Part shown: in pieces, positions 24,899 through 33,776 of the stretch
Numbering within the stretch: position 1 is the stretch's first letter
How the letters are laid out: every line of letters starts with the position of its first letter
Source: a bacterium
GTDB lineage: Bacteria; Arandabacterota; Arandabacteria; Arandabacterales; Arandabacteraceae
Length of the DNA: 44,333 nucleotides
Assembly (NCBI GenBank): GCA_025774115.1
Contig: JALGWN010000001.1
Coordinates: 1-44,333 of the forward strand
Direction of reading: 5' to 3'
Position numbers and translations under genes: made by a program
Notes under the pieces: model-generated
What the model was told of the DNA's origin: nothing
Seen by the model: the letters and a program-made list of their open reading frames with translations, nothing else
Database searches by the model: none

Positions 24899-25849
24899 AT
24901 GAAAGACAGCGTCAAGGCCAGCGTGATCATCCCCACTTACAAGCGGGCCCATCTTCTCAGAAAAACACTGGAGTCGCTGACCGCTCAGAAAAGCGATTAC
25001 CCATTCGAAGTCGTGGTGGTCAACGATGCTCCGGATGAGGATCTATCCCGTCTGGAAACCGAATTCAGCGATATCGGGATCAATCTGATCAACCCGCCCC
25101 GAAACGTGGGGCGCGGGATAGCCAGGAACATCGGAGTCAGGAATTCGTCCGGAGAGATAATCATCTTCCTGGATGACGACATGACGGTCCCCCCACAGTT
25201 CATAAACGCTCACGTCCGCGCCCACACCGGGCCGGGCCTCGCAGTTGCCGGCAACATAGTCAGCGCACCGGAATATGCCTCTCACCCCTTGGCCCGATAT
25301 ATCGAACGGCAGGGGGCCAAGAAACGGAAAGGCGCCGCGAAGCTGCCCCCCAGGGTCTTCCGCACCGGCAATGGATCCCTTCTCAGGAAGCTCTTCATGG
25401 AGGCCGGGATGTTTGACGAGTCCTTCAGCACGTACGGTGAGGATCTCGATCTTGCCATGCGCCTGGATTACAGTGGCGCCAGGTTCGTGTTTGCCGAGGA
25501 TGCGGTATCCTATAACCATCATCCTCCTGACCTCGACGATATGCTGGAGAAAGTGCGTGAATGGGGTAGGTACACGATGCCGGTACTCGCAGAGAAGCAC
25601 CCCGAATTGGAAAGGGCCGTCCTTGCCCACTTGGCTCATCCCGTAAGGCTGGGCCGGGAAAGCCTGGGACTGAGCCTGCACAAGATCGCCGTCAGGTTCG
25701 CCCTCCTTCCTCCTTTCTACCGGCTGGCCCGCCTGATCTACAACCTGACATTCCTGGGCGGTCTCCTGTTTCCGCTCATAGACTATCTGCGTCTTTACAA
25801 CTACCTTGGCGCCTACCGCCTGGCCCTCAGGGAAAAGAACCAAGGGTAG
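24899..25849 (+). CDS. Glycosyltransferase family 2
   Basis: 316 aa with SVIIPTYKRAHLLRKTLESL, VVVVNDAPDED and FLDDD (DxD), the GT-A fold signature of GT2 enzymes. Confidence 0.85.
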   Translation: MKDSVKASVIIPTYKRAHLLRKTLESLTAQKSDYPFEVVVVNDAPDEDLSRLETEFSDIGINLINPPRNVGRGIARNIGVRNSSGEIIIFLDDDMTVPPQFINAHVRAHTGPGLAVAGNIVSAPEYASHPLARYIERQGAKKRKGAAKLPPRVFRTGNGSLLRKLFMEAGMFDESFSTYGEDLDLAMRLDYSGARFVFAEDAVSYNHHPPDLDDMLEKVREWGRYTMPVLAEKHPELERAVLAHLAHPVRLGRESLGLSLHKIAVRFALLPPFYRLARLIYNLTFLGGLLFPLIDYLRLYNYLGAYRLALREKNQG

Positions 25850-25941
25850 CAGCCCAATTGACTACACGGTTTTCGTGGCAGTGACAAGCCGCAAGCATAA
25901 CGCCGCAGACGGGTATTCTAATCCAGCCTGGGTCGTTTGGG

Positions 25942-25970
25942 TTGACTTTATCTGCCCATTAATGTTATAT
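25942..25970 (+). promoter_or_regulatory. Candidate sigma70-type promoter for rpsT
   Basis: TTGACT (25942..25947), a 17-nt spacer, then TTATAT (25965..25970; TATATT with an 18-nt spacer is also possible). It is followed by AGGAGG (25987..25992) and the TTG start at 26001. Confidence 0.45.
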
Positions 25971-26000
25971 TGACCCAAAATCGATAAGGAGGTAATCAGG

Positions 26001-26258
26001 TTGCCGAATCACAAGTCCCCAAAGAAAAGACTGCGACAGGACGCGAAGCGTAGAGCCAGGAACAAGGCGGTCAAATCCGAGGTGCGGAGCGCATCCAAGA
26101 AAGTCACCGTCGCATCGTCTCCCGAGGAGGCGGGCAAGGCTCTGTCCCAAGCCGCTTCGGTGATAGACAGGGCGGCCAAGAAGGGCATAATACACTGGAA
26201 AACCGCGGGGCGCAAGAAGTCCAAATTGGCCAAAAAGGCCAACGCCTCAGCCGCCTAG
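26001..26258 (+). CDS. rpsT: 30S ribosomal protein S20
   Basis: 85 aa. (M)PNHKSPKKRLRQDAKRRARNKAVKSEVRSASKKV...KKGIIHWKTAGRKKSKLAKK is canonical S20. TTG start with a strong Shine-Dalgarno sequence. Confidence 0.92.
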   Translation: MPNHKSPKKRLRQDAKRRARNKAVKSEVRSASKKVTVASSPEEAGKALSQAASVIDRAAKKGIIHWKTAGRKKSKLAKKANASAA

Positions 26259-26358
26259 CCCGGCTTATTCATAAACCTCGTCGCGAGGTGACGGAGATGC
26301 CAGTGGTGGCAAGGAAAACGAGTGAGCCGACCGGAGCCGTATCTTAGTGATACGTCGA

Positions 26359-26431
26359 GGATCGGCGAGCGAGGATGACGCCGTCAACACCGGCAGATAC
26401 GCCGCCGCAGCAGAGGGCTTGTGAATAATCC
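26359..26431. repeat. Dispersed intergenic element, family 2, copy B (inverted relative to copy A, without the insertion)
   Basis: The reverse complement reads GGATTATTCACAAGCCCTCTGCTGCGGCGgcgtATCTGCCGGTGTTGACGGCGTCATCCTCGCTCGCCGATCC. It lies between the convergent rpsT and proS ends. Confidence 0.85.
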
Positions 26432-26434
26432 GGG

Positions 26435-28156
26435 CTAAACCGCCAGCTTCCGCTTCTCGTCCTTGACAGTATCAACGATTATCCGCACCGCCTCCCGGCG
26501 GTCCAGCTTTATGGTCTCACCGGTCTTACGGTGGCGGAGTTCCACCTTGCCTTCCTTGGCGGCACGCTCGCCCACCGTGACCCTCAGAGGTGTCCCGACC
26601 AGATCCGCGTCCTTGAACTTGTTGCCGGCCCGCTCATCGCGGTCATCCAGGATAACTTCGATCCCGGCGTCGGTGAGCCCGGTGTAAATGGCCTCAGCTG
26701 TCTCTCGGAGATCCTCATCCGACACGTTGGTCGGCAGTATGTGAACCTCGAATGGGGCTATGCTTATCGGCCAGACGATCCCATCCTTGTCATTGTGCTG
26801 CTCGATCGCAGCAGCCACCGTCCTGGTGACGCCTATACCGTAGCAGCCCATGACGAATGGATGCTCCTCGCCCTGCTCGTCCAGGAAGCGGGCCTTCATC
26901 ACCTCTGAGTACTTTGTGCCAAGTTTGAAGATCTGCCCTACCTCAATCCCCCTCCAGGTCGACAGGGGCTTACCGCAGCACTTACAGGGATCCCCTTCGA
27001 TCGCCACGATGACGTCGTGGAACTCGCGGACATCAAAATCCCGGCCGAGATTGACATTCACGTAATGGGCATCCGCCTCATTCGCCCCCGTCACCATGTT
27101 CGCCATTCCCGCCACGCGGTGGTCGGCTATGAGCCTCACTCCCTTGAGACCCACGGGGCCTGAGAAACCCAGGGGTCCACCGGTCACCTTCTCGATTTCC
27201 TCGGCTGCGGCCATCACAAAGTCGGTGGTTCCGAGGGCGCGCCCAAGCTTGATCTCGTTAACCTCACGGTCTCCCCGGACCAGAACCGCCGCATACTCAT
27301 CGCCCACTTTGTATATTATGGTCTTCAAGAGTTCGCTGGGCTTCTTCTTAAGGAACTGCGTGACCTCCTCCACGGTGGTGGTACCGGGCGTGCTCACCTT
27401 CTCCAGGGCTGCCTGTCCTGCCTCAGCCGCCGCCTGTACCGGTTCGCATTCGGCCGTGTCTATCGTGGCCGCGTATCCGCAATCACAAGCGAATACCTGC
27501 GACTCACCCGTCTCGGCAAAAACCATGAACTCGTGCGTCACGTCTCCCCCAATAGCGCCCGAGTCCGCTTCCACCGGACCGAACCTGAGGCCGCACCGCT
27601 TGAATATCCTGGTATAGGCCTCGAACATCCGGTCGTAGGTCTTGGCCAGACAAGCCTCATCCCTGTGAAAGCTGTATGCGTCTTTCATCAGGAACTCACG
27701 GGCCCGGACCACCCCGAATCTCGGCCTTACTTCATCCCGGAACTTGGTCTGGATCTGAAAGAGAATAAGCGGCAGTTGACGGTAGGAGCGCACGTCGCGC
27801 CTCACTATATCGGTCACGACCTCTTCATGCGTGGGACCCAGGGCGAAGAAACGGTCATGCCTGTCCTTGACACGCATCAGTTCTTTTCCGTAAACGTTCC
27901 ATCTTCCGCTTTCGGTCCAGAGCTCCGACGGGCTCAGAACCGGCATGAGGATTTCCGATCCCCCGGCACGGTTCATCTCTTCCCGGACTATGTTCTCCAC
28001 CTTCTTGACGGCCCGGAGCCCCAACGGCAGCAGACTGTAGATCCCCGATGAGAGCTTCCTGACAAGACCCGCCCTTACCATCAACCGATGGCTTATTATC
28101 TCCGCTTCCGCAGGAGTCTCCTTGAGTGTCGGCAACAGATACTCAGTCCAGCGCAT
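26435..28156 (-). CDS. proS: Proline--tRNA ligase (bacterial type with INS editing domain)
   Basis: 573 aa with HRLMVRAGLVRKLSSGIYSLLPLG, a class II core, an inserted editing domain and a C-terminal anticodon-binding domain. The start overlaps the aldolase gene end by 14 nt. Confidence 0.95.
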   Translation of the reverse strand: MRWTEYLLPTLKETPAEAEIISHRLMVRAGLVRKLSSGIYSLLPLGLRAVKKVENIVREEMNRAGGSEILMPVLSPSELWTESGRWNVYGKELMRVKDRHDRFFALGPTHEEVVTDIVRRDVRSYRQLPLILFQIQTKFRDEVRPRFGVVRAREFLMKDAYSFHRDEACLAKTYDRMFEAYTRIFKRCGLRFGPVEADSGAIGGDVTHEFMVFAETGESQVFACDCGYAATIDTAECEPVQAAAEAGQAALEKVSTPGTTTVEEVTQFLKKKPSELLKTIIYKVGDEYAAVLVRGDREVNEIKLGRALGTTDFVMAAAEEIEKVTGGPLGFSGPVGLKGVRLIADHRVAGMANMVTGANEADAHYVNVNLGRDFDVREFHDVIVAIEGDPCKCCGKPLSTWRGIEVGQIFKLGTKYSEVMKARFLDEQGEEHPFVMGCYGIGVTRTVAAAIEQHNDKDGIVWPISIAPFEVHILPTNVSDEDLRETAEAIYTGLTDAGIEVILDDRDERAGNKFKDADLVGTPLRVTVGERAAKEGKVELRHRKTGETIKLDRREAVRIIVDTVKDEKRKLAV

Positions 28157-28925
28157 GTTTTCCTTCCCTTAAGGTCTTGACTACCTCTTCAACAATCATC
28201 TTGACCAGCCGGCTCTCGTCGACCGAATCCCCGACCGAGCAAGTTCCCGATTCCACACAACCCGGATAAGGCCCCTTTATACCTAGGTGTTCGCGGAGAT
28301 TCACAAGCTTATCGACCTCTTCACGGGCGAGAGGCTTCACCCTGCCCAACTGCCCCGCAATGAAACTTATATGTGCGAAATGTTCCACGGTTTCCATCTT
28401 ATGATAGGCGCCGAGGACGTCGGGCCCGACGGTCATCACACCATGGTTCTTAAGCAGGAACGCATCACTCCGCATGACCACTCCCTCTATGGACTCGGGT
28501 ACCTCCTCGGTCGACGGCGTGCCGTAGCGGGCCAGAGGCACCGACCCTAGAGTGAGAATTACCTCCGGGAGTATGCATTCCTCGAGCGGGATGCCGGCCA
28601 CCGCATAAGCGGTCGCATAGGGTGGGTGGGCGTGAGCCACCGCGTTCACATCGTCCCTCAGCTCATATGCACGCACATGCATCTTGACTTCGGATGTCGG
28701 TTCACGCTTGCCGCTTACCTTCCGGCCGGCCATATCGACTACCACAAGATCGCTACGAGCCATGAAGCCTTTGCTCATACCCGTCGGAGTGACGAGCACA
28801 CGGTCCTGTGAGATCCGCACACTGACGTTGCCGTCGTTGGCGGCAACATAGCCGCGTTCATACATCCTGCGGCCCACGTGTATGATGGCCTCACCTGCTT
28901 CCTCGACGGAGATCATGCGACTCAT
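28143..28925 (-). CDS. Class II aldolase/adducin-family enzyme (fuculose/rhamnulose-1-phosphate aldolase-like), microcompartment-associated
   Basis: 260 aa with NDGNVSVR, PTGMSKG, AVAHAHPPYATA (Zn His pair) and LLKNHGVMTVG. A ~45-aa C-terminal extension ends in an amphipathic segment, SRLVKMIVEEVVKTLRE. It is the last gene of the BMC operon. Confidence 0.88.
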   Translation of the reverse strand: MSRMISVEEAGEAIIHVGRRMYERGYVAANDGNVSVRISQDRVLVTPTGMSKGFMARSDLVVVDMAGRKVSGKREPTSEVKMHVRAYELRDDVNAVAHAHPPYATAYAVAGIPLEECILPEVILTLGSVPLARYGTPSTEEVPESIEGVVMRSDAFLLKNHGVMTVGPDVLGAYHKMETVEHFAHISFIAGQLGRVKPLAREEVDKLVNLREHLGIKGPYPGCVESGTCSVGDSVDESRLVKMIVEEVVKTLREGKHALD

Positions 28926-29206
28926 GTGTCGTCGCCCCGCTTGAAATCGATCCGGTCCACCACACCCAGAATCAGCGTTCTTATGGTCGGATACTTCACA
29001 TCCATCACGGTACGCGTCGCCGTTCCCTGGTCGATGATCAGGACAACATCGCCGACACCCGAGTCCACCATGTCTATGGCAATAAGCGGCTTGCCGTACT
29101 CGGCCCCGTCGGGCTCCAGCGGCTGCACCAGCAGGAGCTTCCGTGCATTCAGAGTCTCGTACTTTACGGACGAGACCACATCACCTATCACCTTGGCTAT
29201 GTACAT
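28922..29206 (-). CDS. BMC vertex protein (BMC-P, EutN/CcmL family), paralog 3
   Basis: 94 aa. MYIAKVIGDVVSSVKYETLNARKLLLVQPL...IAIDMVDSGVGDVVLI is typical of EutN/CcmL pentamers. Confidence 0.88.
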   Translation of the reverse strand: MYIAKVIGDVVSSVKYETLNARKLLLVQPLEPDGAEYGKPLIAIDMVDSGVGDVVLIIDQGTATRTVMDVKYPTIRTLILGVVDRIDFKRGDDT

Positions 29207-29209
29207 GGC

Positions 29210-29473
29210 CTATAGATCCACCCGGTCTACAATCCCCATGATAGCCGCATCCGCCGGATTGAACTTGTCCTCAAGCGTATGCGCGGCCTCCCGGCCCTTG
29301 ACGAAATAGACGATATCCCCGGGCCCCACCCTGACCGTGTCGATTGCCACTACGGGACGACCGTCAGGTTTGCCTTGGGGATCGAGGGGTTGGACTACCA
29401 GGAGCTTTGAGCCCTTGAGCGGCTCGACCTTCATGGTGGCCACCACAGTCCCTATAACCTTCGCAATGTGCAT
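29210..29473 (-). CDS. BMC vertex protein (BMC-P, EutN/CcmL family), paralog 2
   Basis: 87 aa. MHIAKVIGTVVATMKVEPLKGSKLLVVQPLD...VAIDTVRVGPGDIVY. Confidence 0.88.
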   Translation of the reverse strand: MHIAKVIGTVVATMKVEPLKGSKLLVVQPLDPQGKPDGRPVVAIDTVRVGPGDIVYFVKGREAAHTLEDKFNPADAAIMGIVDRVDL

Positions 29474-29476
29474 ATC

Positions 29477-30034
29477 CTAACCCAGCTTCCCTTTGAGATC
29501 GCCGTGCGGACGCGGGATGACGACTGACTTGACCAGCATTCCCGTAGGCTTAATCAGACCCACGCCGACATCCACACCGGCAGTTACATCACTGACATCG
29601 CCTGTCATAGTTACAAATGACTTCCCGGCCAGCCCTTGCGCAAGCCTAAGGTCCTTGAGTCTCACCTTCGCAGCCTTAGCCGCCCCGTCACCGGCGATGA
29701 TGGATGCCGCGACGGAGAAAGTCTCGATCACGCCCAGGGCCTTGATCTCTCCCACGTCGGCGGTCCCCATGATCGCAGGGAAGACGTCCACGTGGATGTT
29801 GGGGATAAACAGGCTATCGACCATGAACTCCGATCCCACCTCTTTGCCCCGCCTTACCGAGGACTCCACCGCCGACACCTCACCGCCTACCAGGGAGATG
29901 TACTTGCCTGGACATATGGTCATCGCCGCAATGAGTGTGACCGGCGCGACCTTCACCATCTCATCCGCCGTCATTATGCCTGCGGCGATGCTATTGAGCT
30001 CCACCATCCCTATGGCTTCGATGTCGCGCTTCAT
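29477..30034 (-). CDS. pduT: Tandem-domain BMC shell protein (BMC-T), PduT-like with the conserved pore cysteine
   Basis: 185 aa with two BMC domains (IGMVELNSIAAG... and LGVIETFSVAAS...). The TICPGKY motif corresponds to the Cys that ligates the [4Fe-4S] cluster in PduT as I recall that sequence, and VIPRPH lies near the C-terminus. Confidence 0.85.
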   Translation of the reverse strand: MKRDIEAIGMVELNSIAAGIMTADEMVKVAPVTLIAAMTICPGKYISLVGGEVSAVESSVRRGKEVGSEFMVDSLFIPNIHVDVFPAIMGTADVGEIKALGVIETFSVAASIIAGDGAAKAAKVRLKDLRLAQGLAGKSFVTMTGDVSDVTAGVDVGVGLIKPTGMLVKSVVIPRPHGDLKGKLG

Positions 30035-31386
30035 TGCTTCTCCACAACCACCACATTGTCGAGTTCGACCACCATACCGTCTATGCTGGCGTGCACCCTG
30101 GCTCCCACGGCCTCGCGATCCATCTCTCCGACAACCTGTCCGCGGCGCACGATATTCCCTTCCTTGACAACCGGAGTCGCCGGCACGCCCACATGCTGCG
30201 TGAGCGGGATCCTCACTTGCCGAGGCTCCACGCGGCCGGCGAACTCGAGATCATGCTCGTGGGGGCGGAGTCCGGTCCGTTCCACTATTCTCGCATGAGG
30301 CACCAGCCTGCCGGCTCGGACCGGCAATACGTCACCGGCGGGTTCCCCCTCCTGTCTTACCCCACGCTCCCCCATTTGCGCCCGAACCATGAAGCTTATT
30401 CTATCCGGCGAGAGAAGCATAGGGCAAACATAAACACCGCAGAGACCGCAACCCGAGCAGAAGAGAGCGCCTGCAAGATCGGGAACATACTCCCTTCCCC
30501 ATGAAATTGCCCTCATGATCTTGTGAGGGCTGATATCATGCCCCATCAGATGCCTCGGGCAAAGCTCCGTACACTGGGTGCATTGGCAGCAAACCGAGGC
30601 GGCCCGTCTCACCATGACATCAACAGGCAGCGACTTTCTCACCATGATCTCGCTGTCCCGGGGCAATACCGCAATCGACCCGACGCGCTTGTCTATAGGG
30701 GTCGTGAGATCCTCACAATACTGCCCCATCATGATTCCTGAAAGGAGCATCCCCTTATCATCCAGGCCCGAGCGGTTACCGGTAAGATCGAGGGCTTCCC
30801 CGACCGTCGTCCCTACCGGCACCTCCACAACACATGGATGGATGACATCACCGCAGATAGAGATCACGCGGTCGGTCACAGGCTCTCCGTCAACGGCCCG
30901 CTTGACATTCACCAGGGTGTTGGCATTTGAGACCACCACACCCACATCCGGGGGAATACCGCCCCCGGGGATAACCCGCTCGGTTGCCTCGTAAACCAGT
31001 ATGTGCTCATCCCCCGCAGGATACATATCCGCCACCGTCACGACCTCGACACCCCTCGCTCCTTTCACCCCATCGCCCACCCGACCAAGGACGTCGGCCT
31101 GCCCTTCACGCAGGGCCACATATCCACGGCCCGCACCCGTCGCAAGCATCATTATGAGAAGCCCGTCGATCATTTCATCGAGGCGTGAGGTGAGGACGTG
31201 CCTGTCGGTCCCGAGCAGAGGCTCGCACTCGCAAGCGTTGGCAATCACCGTATCGGCCGCCGCTGCGGCCTTTATGTGGGTCGGGAAGCCCGCCCCTCCG
31301 GCACCCACTACCCCGGCCTTGAAAATCCTGTCCCTTATTTCCTGCTTAGAGGTTGGGAAATCCCTTGCCAATGGAAGAGACCTCAA
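30031..31386 (-). CDS. pduS: PduS-like RnfC/Nqo1-family flavoprotein with two 4Fe-4S motifs
   Basis: 451 aa with VGAGGAGFPTHIK (NADH/FMN-binding region), an SLBB-like middle part, the Cys clusters CCQCTQCTELCP and CSGCGLCGVYVCP, and a C-terminal barrel-sandwich domain. Confidence 0.83.
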   Translation of the reverse strand: MRSLPLARDFPTSKQEIRDRIFKAGVVGAGGAGFPTHIKAAAAADTVIANACECEPLLGTDRHVLTSRLDEMIDGLLIMMLATGAGRGYVALREGQADVLGRVGDGVKGARGVEVVTVADMYPAGDEHILVYEATERVIPGGGIPPDVGVVVSNANTLVNVKRAVDGEPVTDRVISICGDVIHPCVVEVPVGTTVGEALDLTGNRSGLDDKGMLLSGIMMGQYCEDLTTPIDKRVGSIAVLPRDSEIMVRKSLPVDVMVRRAASVCCQCTQCTELCPRHLMGHDISPHKIMRAISWGREYVPDLAGALFCSGCGLCGVYVCPMLLSPDRISFMVRAQMGERGVRQEGEPAGDVLPVRAGRLVPHARIVERTGLRPHEHDLEFAGRVEPRQVRIPLTQHVGVPATPVVKEGNIVRRGQVVGEMDREAVGARVHASIDGMVVELDNVVVVEKQ

Positions 31387-32807
31387 ACGATACGGAAATA
31401 GTCAACAAGCACGCAGCGTCGCATTCTGGTGAAGGTGCGCGCGGAAGTAAGCCCCTCCCCGGTCGGGCTTGCTATCGTGAAACTCGTGAAGCCCTCACCC
31501 CCAAAACCCAATCCGGCGTATGACGGCCCGTTCTTGACGAAGATGGTGGTGTTTATGAATCTCGCCATCTTGGAGAGCATAGTGATGTCGGTCGAATGCA
31601 TCACGGCCGAATGCCCGAAGCCGTGCTCGACCCGCTTTGCGAGCACGATACCCTGGTCGGCATCTCGGACTCTCACGATGGGCAGAACCGGCATCAAGAG
31701 CTCCGTCCATACGAAAGGATGGGACTCGGGGGTCTCACATATTATGAGTCTGGGGTCCCCCCCGCTCTTGATCCCGATCTCGGAAAGAAGCAGGGCCGCG
31801 TCTTTGCCGACAAACTCCCTCTTGGTGACCGCGTGTTTCGACGGACCACGGTCCTCCTTGATGATGAGATCTCTGAGTCTGTCGATGTCCCGCCCTTTGA
31901 TTTCTATGGCACCATTGTCGGCCATTTTGCTCTTGAGCCGGTCGACCACGCTGTCGACCGCCAGCACCTCTTTTTCACAGATGCATACGATGTTGTTGTC
32001 AAGCGAGGCCCCGCTTACAAGGTGCTTGGCCGCACTATCAAGATCGGCGGTCTCATCCACCACGGCAGGCGGGTTGCCGGGGCCGGCCGCTATCACCTTC
32101 TTGTGGGAGTTCATCGCCTCTCTTACCACCGCACCGCCACCGGTCACAACAACCAGCTTGACCTTCGGGTGTTTCATCAGGGCCTGGGCCGTCTCGATCG
32201 TCGGCTCGGTCACACATGCAAGCACATCGGGCGGCCCCCCCTCCGCAGTAATCGCGGAGTTGAGGAGCTCGATGGTCCTCAGAGTGGTCCGGGTTGCCCC
32301 CGGATGCGGATTGAAGACGACGGAGTTGCCCCCTGCTACCATACCGATTGCATTGTTTATGACCGTTTCCGATGGATTGGTGGAAGGCGTGATCGAACAG
32401 ATGACGCCGTAGGGTGCCCTTTCCACAATCGTGACACCGTGATCTCCGGACACCGCATCGGGTTCGAGATCTTCGACACCCGGGGTCCGGGTCGCCGCGA
32501 GCAGGTTTTTGTTTACCTTGTCCTCGTACCTGCCAAGCCCCGTCTCCTCCAGGGCAAGGCGCGAGAGCTCCTCGGCATGCTCGCAGGAGATCTTCCTCAT
32601 CGCGGCGATTATCTTGCGGCGTGTTTCCAATGGGACATCGCGGAGTCCCTCGAACGCGCGCCCCACAGCGTCCAGGGCCCCATCGACCGAAGCAAAAGCC
32701 CCCCCGACACCTGAGGTCGGCGGAGCCGGTGAAACACCCATACCTTCGGTCTTTAGCTTCTTCAGGACCTCCCCGACAATCGCACTTATGGTTTTCTCAT
32801 CAAGCAT
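31383..32807 (-). CDS. CoA-acylating aldehyde dehydrogenase (PduP/EutE family) with an N-terminal encapsulation-peptide-like helix
   Basis: 474 aa with the catalytic region NNIVCICEKE, a GPGNPP motif, and the N-terminal amphipathic segment TISAIVGEVLKKLK followed by a Pro/Gly-rich linker. Confidence 0.9.
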   Translation of the reverse strand: MLDEKTISAIVGEVLKKLKTEGMGVSPAPPTSGVGGAFASVDGALDAVGRAFEGLRDVPLETRRKIIAAMRKISCEHAEELSRLALEETGLGRYEDKVNKNLLAATRTPGVEDLEPDAVSGDHGVTIVERAPYGVICSITPSTNPSETVINNAIGMVAGGNSVVFNPHPGATRTTLRTIELLNSAITAEGGPPDVLACVTEPTIETAQALMKHPKVKLVVVTGGGAVVREAMNSHKKVIAAGPGNPPAVVDETADLDSAAKHLVSGASLDNNIVCICEKEVLAVDSVVDRLKSKMADNGAIEIKGRDIDRLRDLIIKEDRGPSKHAVTKREFVGKDAALLLSEIGIKSGGDPRLIICETPESHPFVWTELLMPVLPIVRVRDADQGIVLAKRVEHGFGHSAVMHSTDITMLSKMARFINTTIFVKNGPSYAGLGFGGEGFTSFTIASPTGEGLTSARTFTRMRRCVLVDYFRIV

Positions 32808-33093
32808 ACTTCTGGAAGATAAGGTCGCCCTCTATTTCTATGGTATCGACTATGCCGATTATCACAGCATCTATGGGGCAATCACGGGTCTTGTCGGTCA
32901 GGCGCGCCGAACTGCCCTGGGCACAGAGAACCGTCTCCCCCTGCCCGGCCCCCACCGCATCCGCCACTATAAGGAACTGGCCCGTAGGCTTAAGATCCAT
33001 ATCGATAATCTTAACGATCTGTAACTTGAGCCCGGACAGCCGCTCTTCTTTCCTGGTCGCCACAACGGTGCCGACAACTTCACCGATAAGCAA
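32800..33093 (-). CDS. BMC vertex protein (BMC-P, EutN/CcmL family), paralog 1
   Basis: 97 aa. MLIGEVVGTVVATRKEERLSGLKLQIVKII...IVADAVGAGQGETVL. Confidence 0.88.
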   Translation of the reverse strand: MLIGEVVGTVVATRKEERLSGLKLQIVKIIDMDLKPTGQFLIVADAVGAGQGETVLCAQGSSARLTDKTRDCPIDAVIIGIVDTIEIEGDLIFQKYA

Positions 33094-33117
33094 AGCTACC
33101 TCCCGAACCGATTCAGG

Positions 33118-33447
33118 CTACTTCTTCTTTGCCTTGAAGAGCTTCCCTATAGGCAGCACGTCCTCAAGATTCGCGTGAGGTCTCGGTATCACATGAACCG
33201 ATACAAGTTCGCCAACCTTGCTTGCAGCTGCGCTGCCGGCATCGGTCGCAGCCTTTACGGCTGCCACGTCCCCACGCACTATCGCGGTGTTGTAACCCCC
33301 GCCGATCTTCTCGTAGCCCACCAGTGTTACCTTCGCCGCCTTGACCATGGCATCCGATGCTTCGACCATAGCAACAAAGCCTCTGGTCTCGATCAGCCCC
33401 AAAGCCTCTCTGTAGATTCCCTCAACTCCATCGGCCACCTTATCCAA
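33118..33447 (-). CDS. BMC hexamer shell protein (BMC-H, PduA/EutM-like)
   Basis: 109 aa. [57 protein letters not shown]...VHVIPRPH is a canonical Pfam00936-type BMC domain. Confidence 0.9.
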   Translation of the reverse strand: MDKVADGVEGIYREALGLIETRGFVAMVEASDAMVKAAKVTLVGYEKIGGGYNTAIVRGDVAAVKAATDAGSAAASKVGELVSVHVIPRPHANLEDVLPIGKLFKAKKK

Positions 33448-33485
33448 CCTCCTTCTTGTATCCGCTTTTTTGTGTTATACCTTCA

Positions 33486-33755
33486 TCAATCAAGCATTAT
33501 GTCTTCAAGTGACTCGTCCGGGGCAGGAATGACATGCGCGCTCACCAGCTCGCCGACCTTCTGGGCCGCAGCCTGTCCGGCATCGACTGCCGCGAGGACA
33601 GCCCCGACATCCCCCCGCACCAGGACTGTAACCATCCCACCACCCGTCCGCTCGTACCTTGTGAGTGTTACCTGTGCCGCCTTGACCATGGCGTCCGCCG
33701 CTTCCACGGCGGCAACAAAACCCTTGGTCTCTATCTTACCAAGTGCTCCCGGCAA
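33486..33755 (-). CDS. BMC hexamer shell protein (BMC-H, PduA/EutM-like)
   Basis: 89 aa. [57 protein letters not shown]...AHVIPAP. Confidence 0.9.
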   Translation of the reverse strand: MPGALGKIETKGFVAAVEAADAMVKAAQVTLTRYERTGGGMVTVLVRGDVGAVLAAVDAGQAAAQKVGELVSAHVIPAPDESLEDIMLD

Positions 33756-33776
33756 ACCGGATCACCTCCTCCCCAT

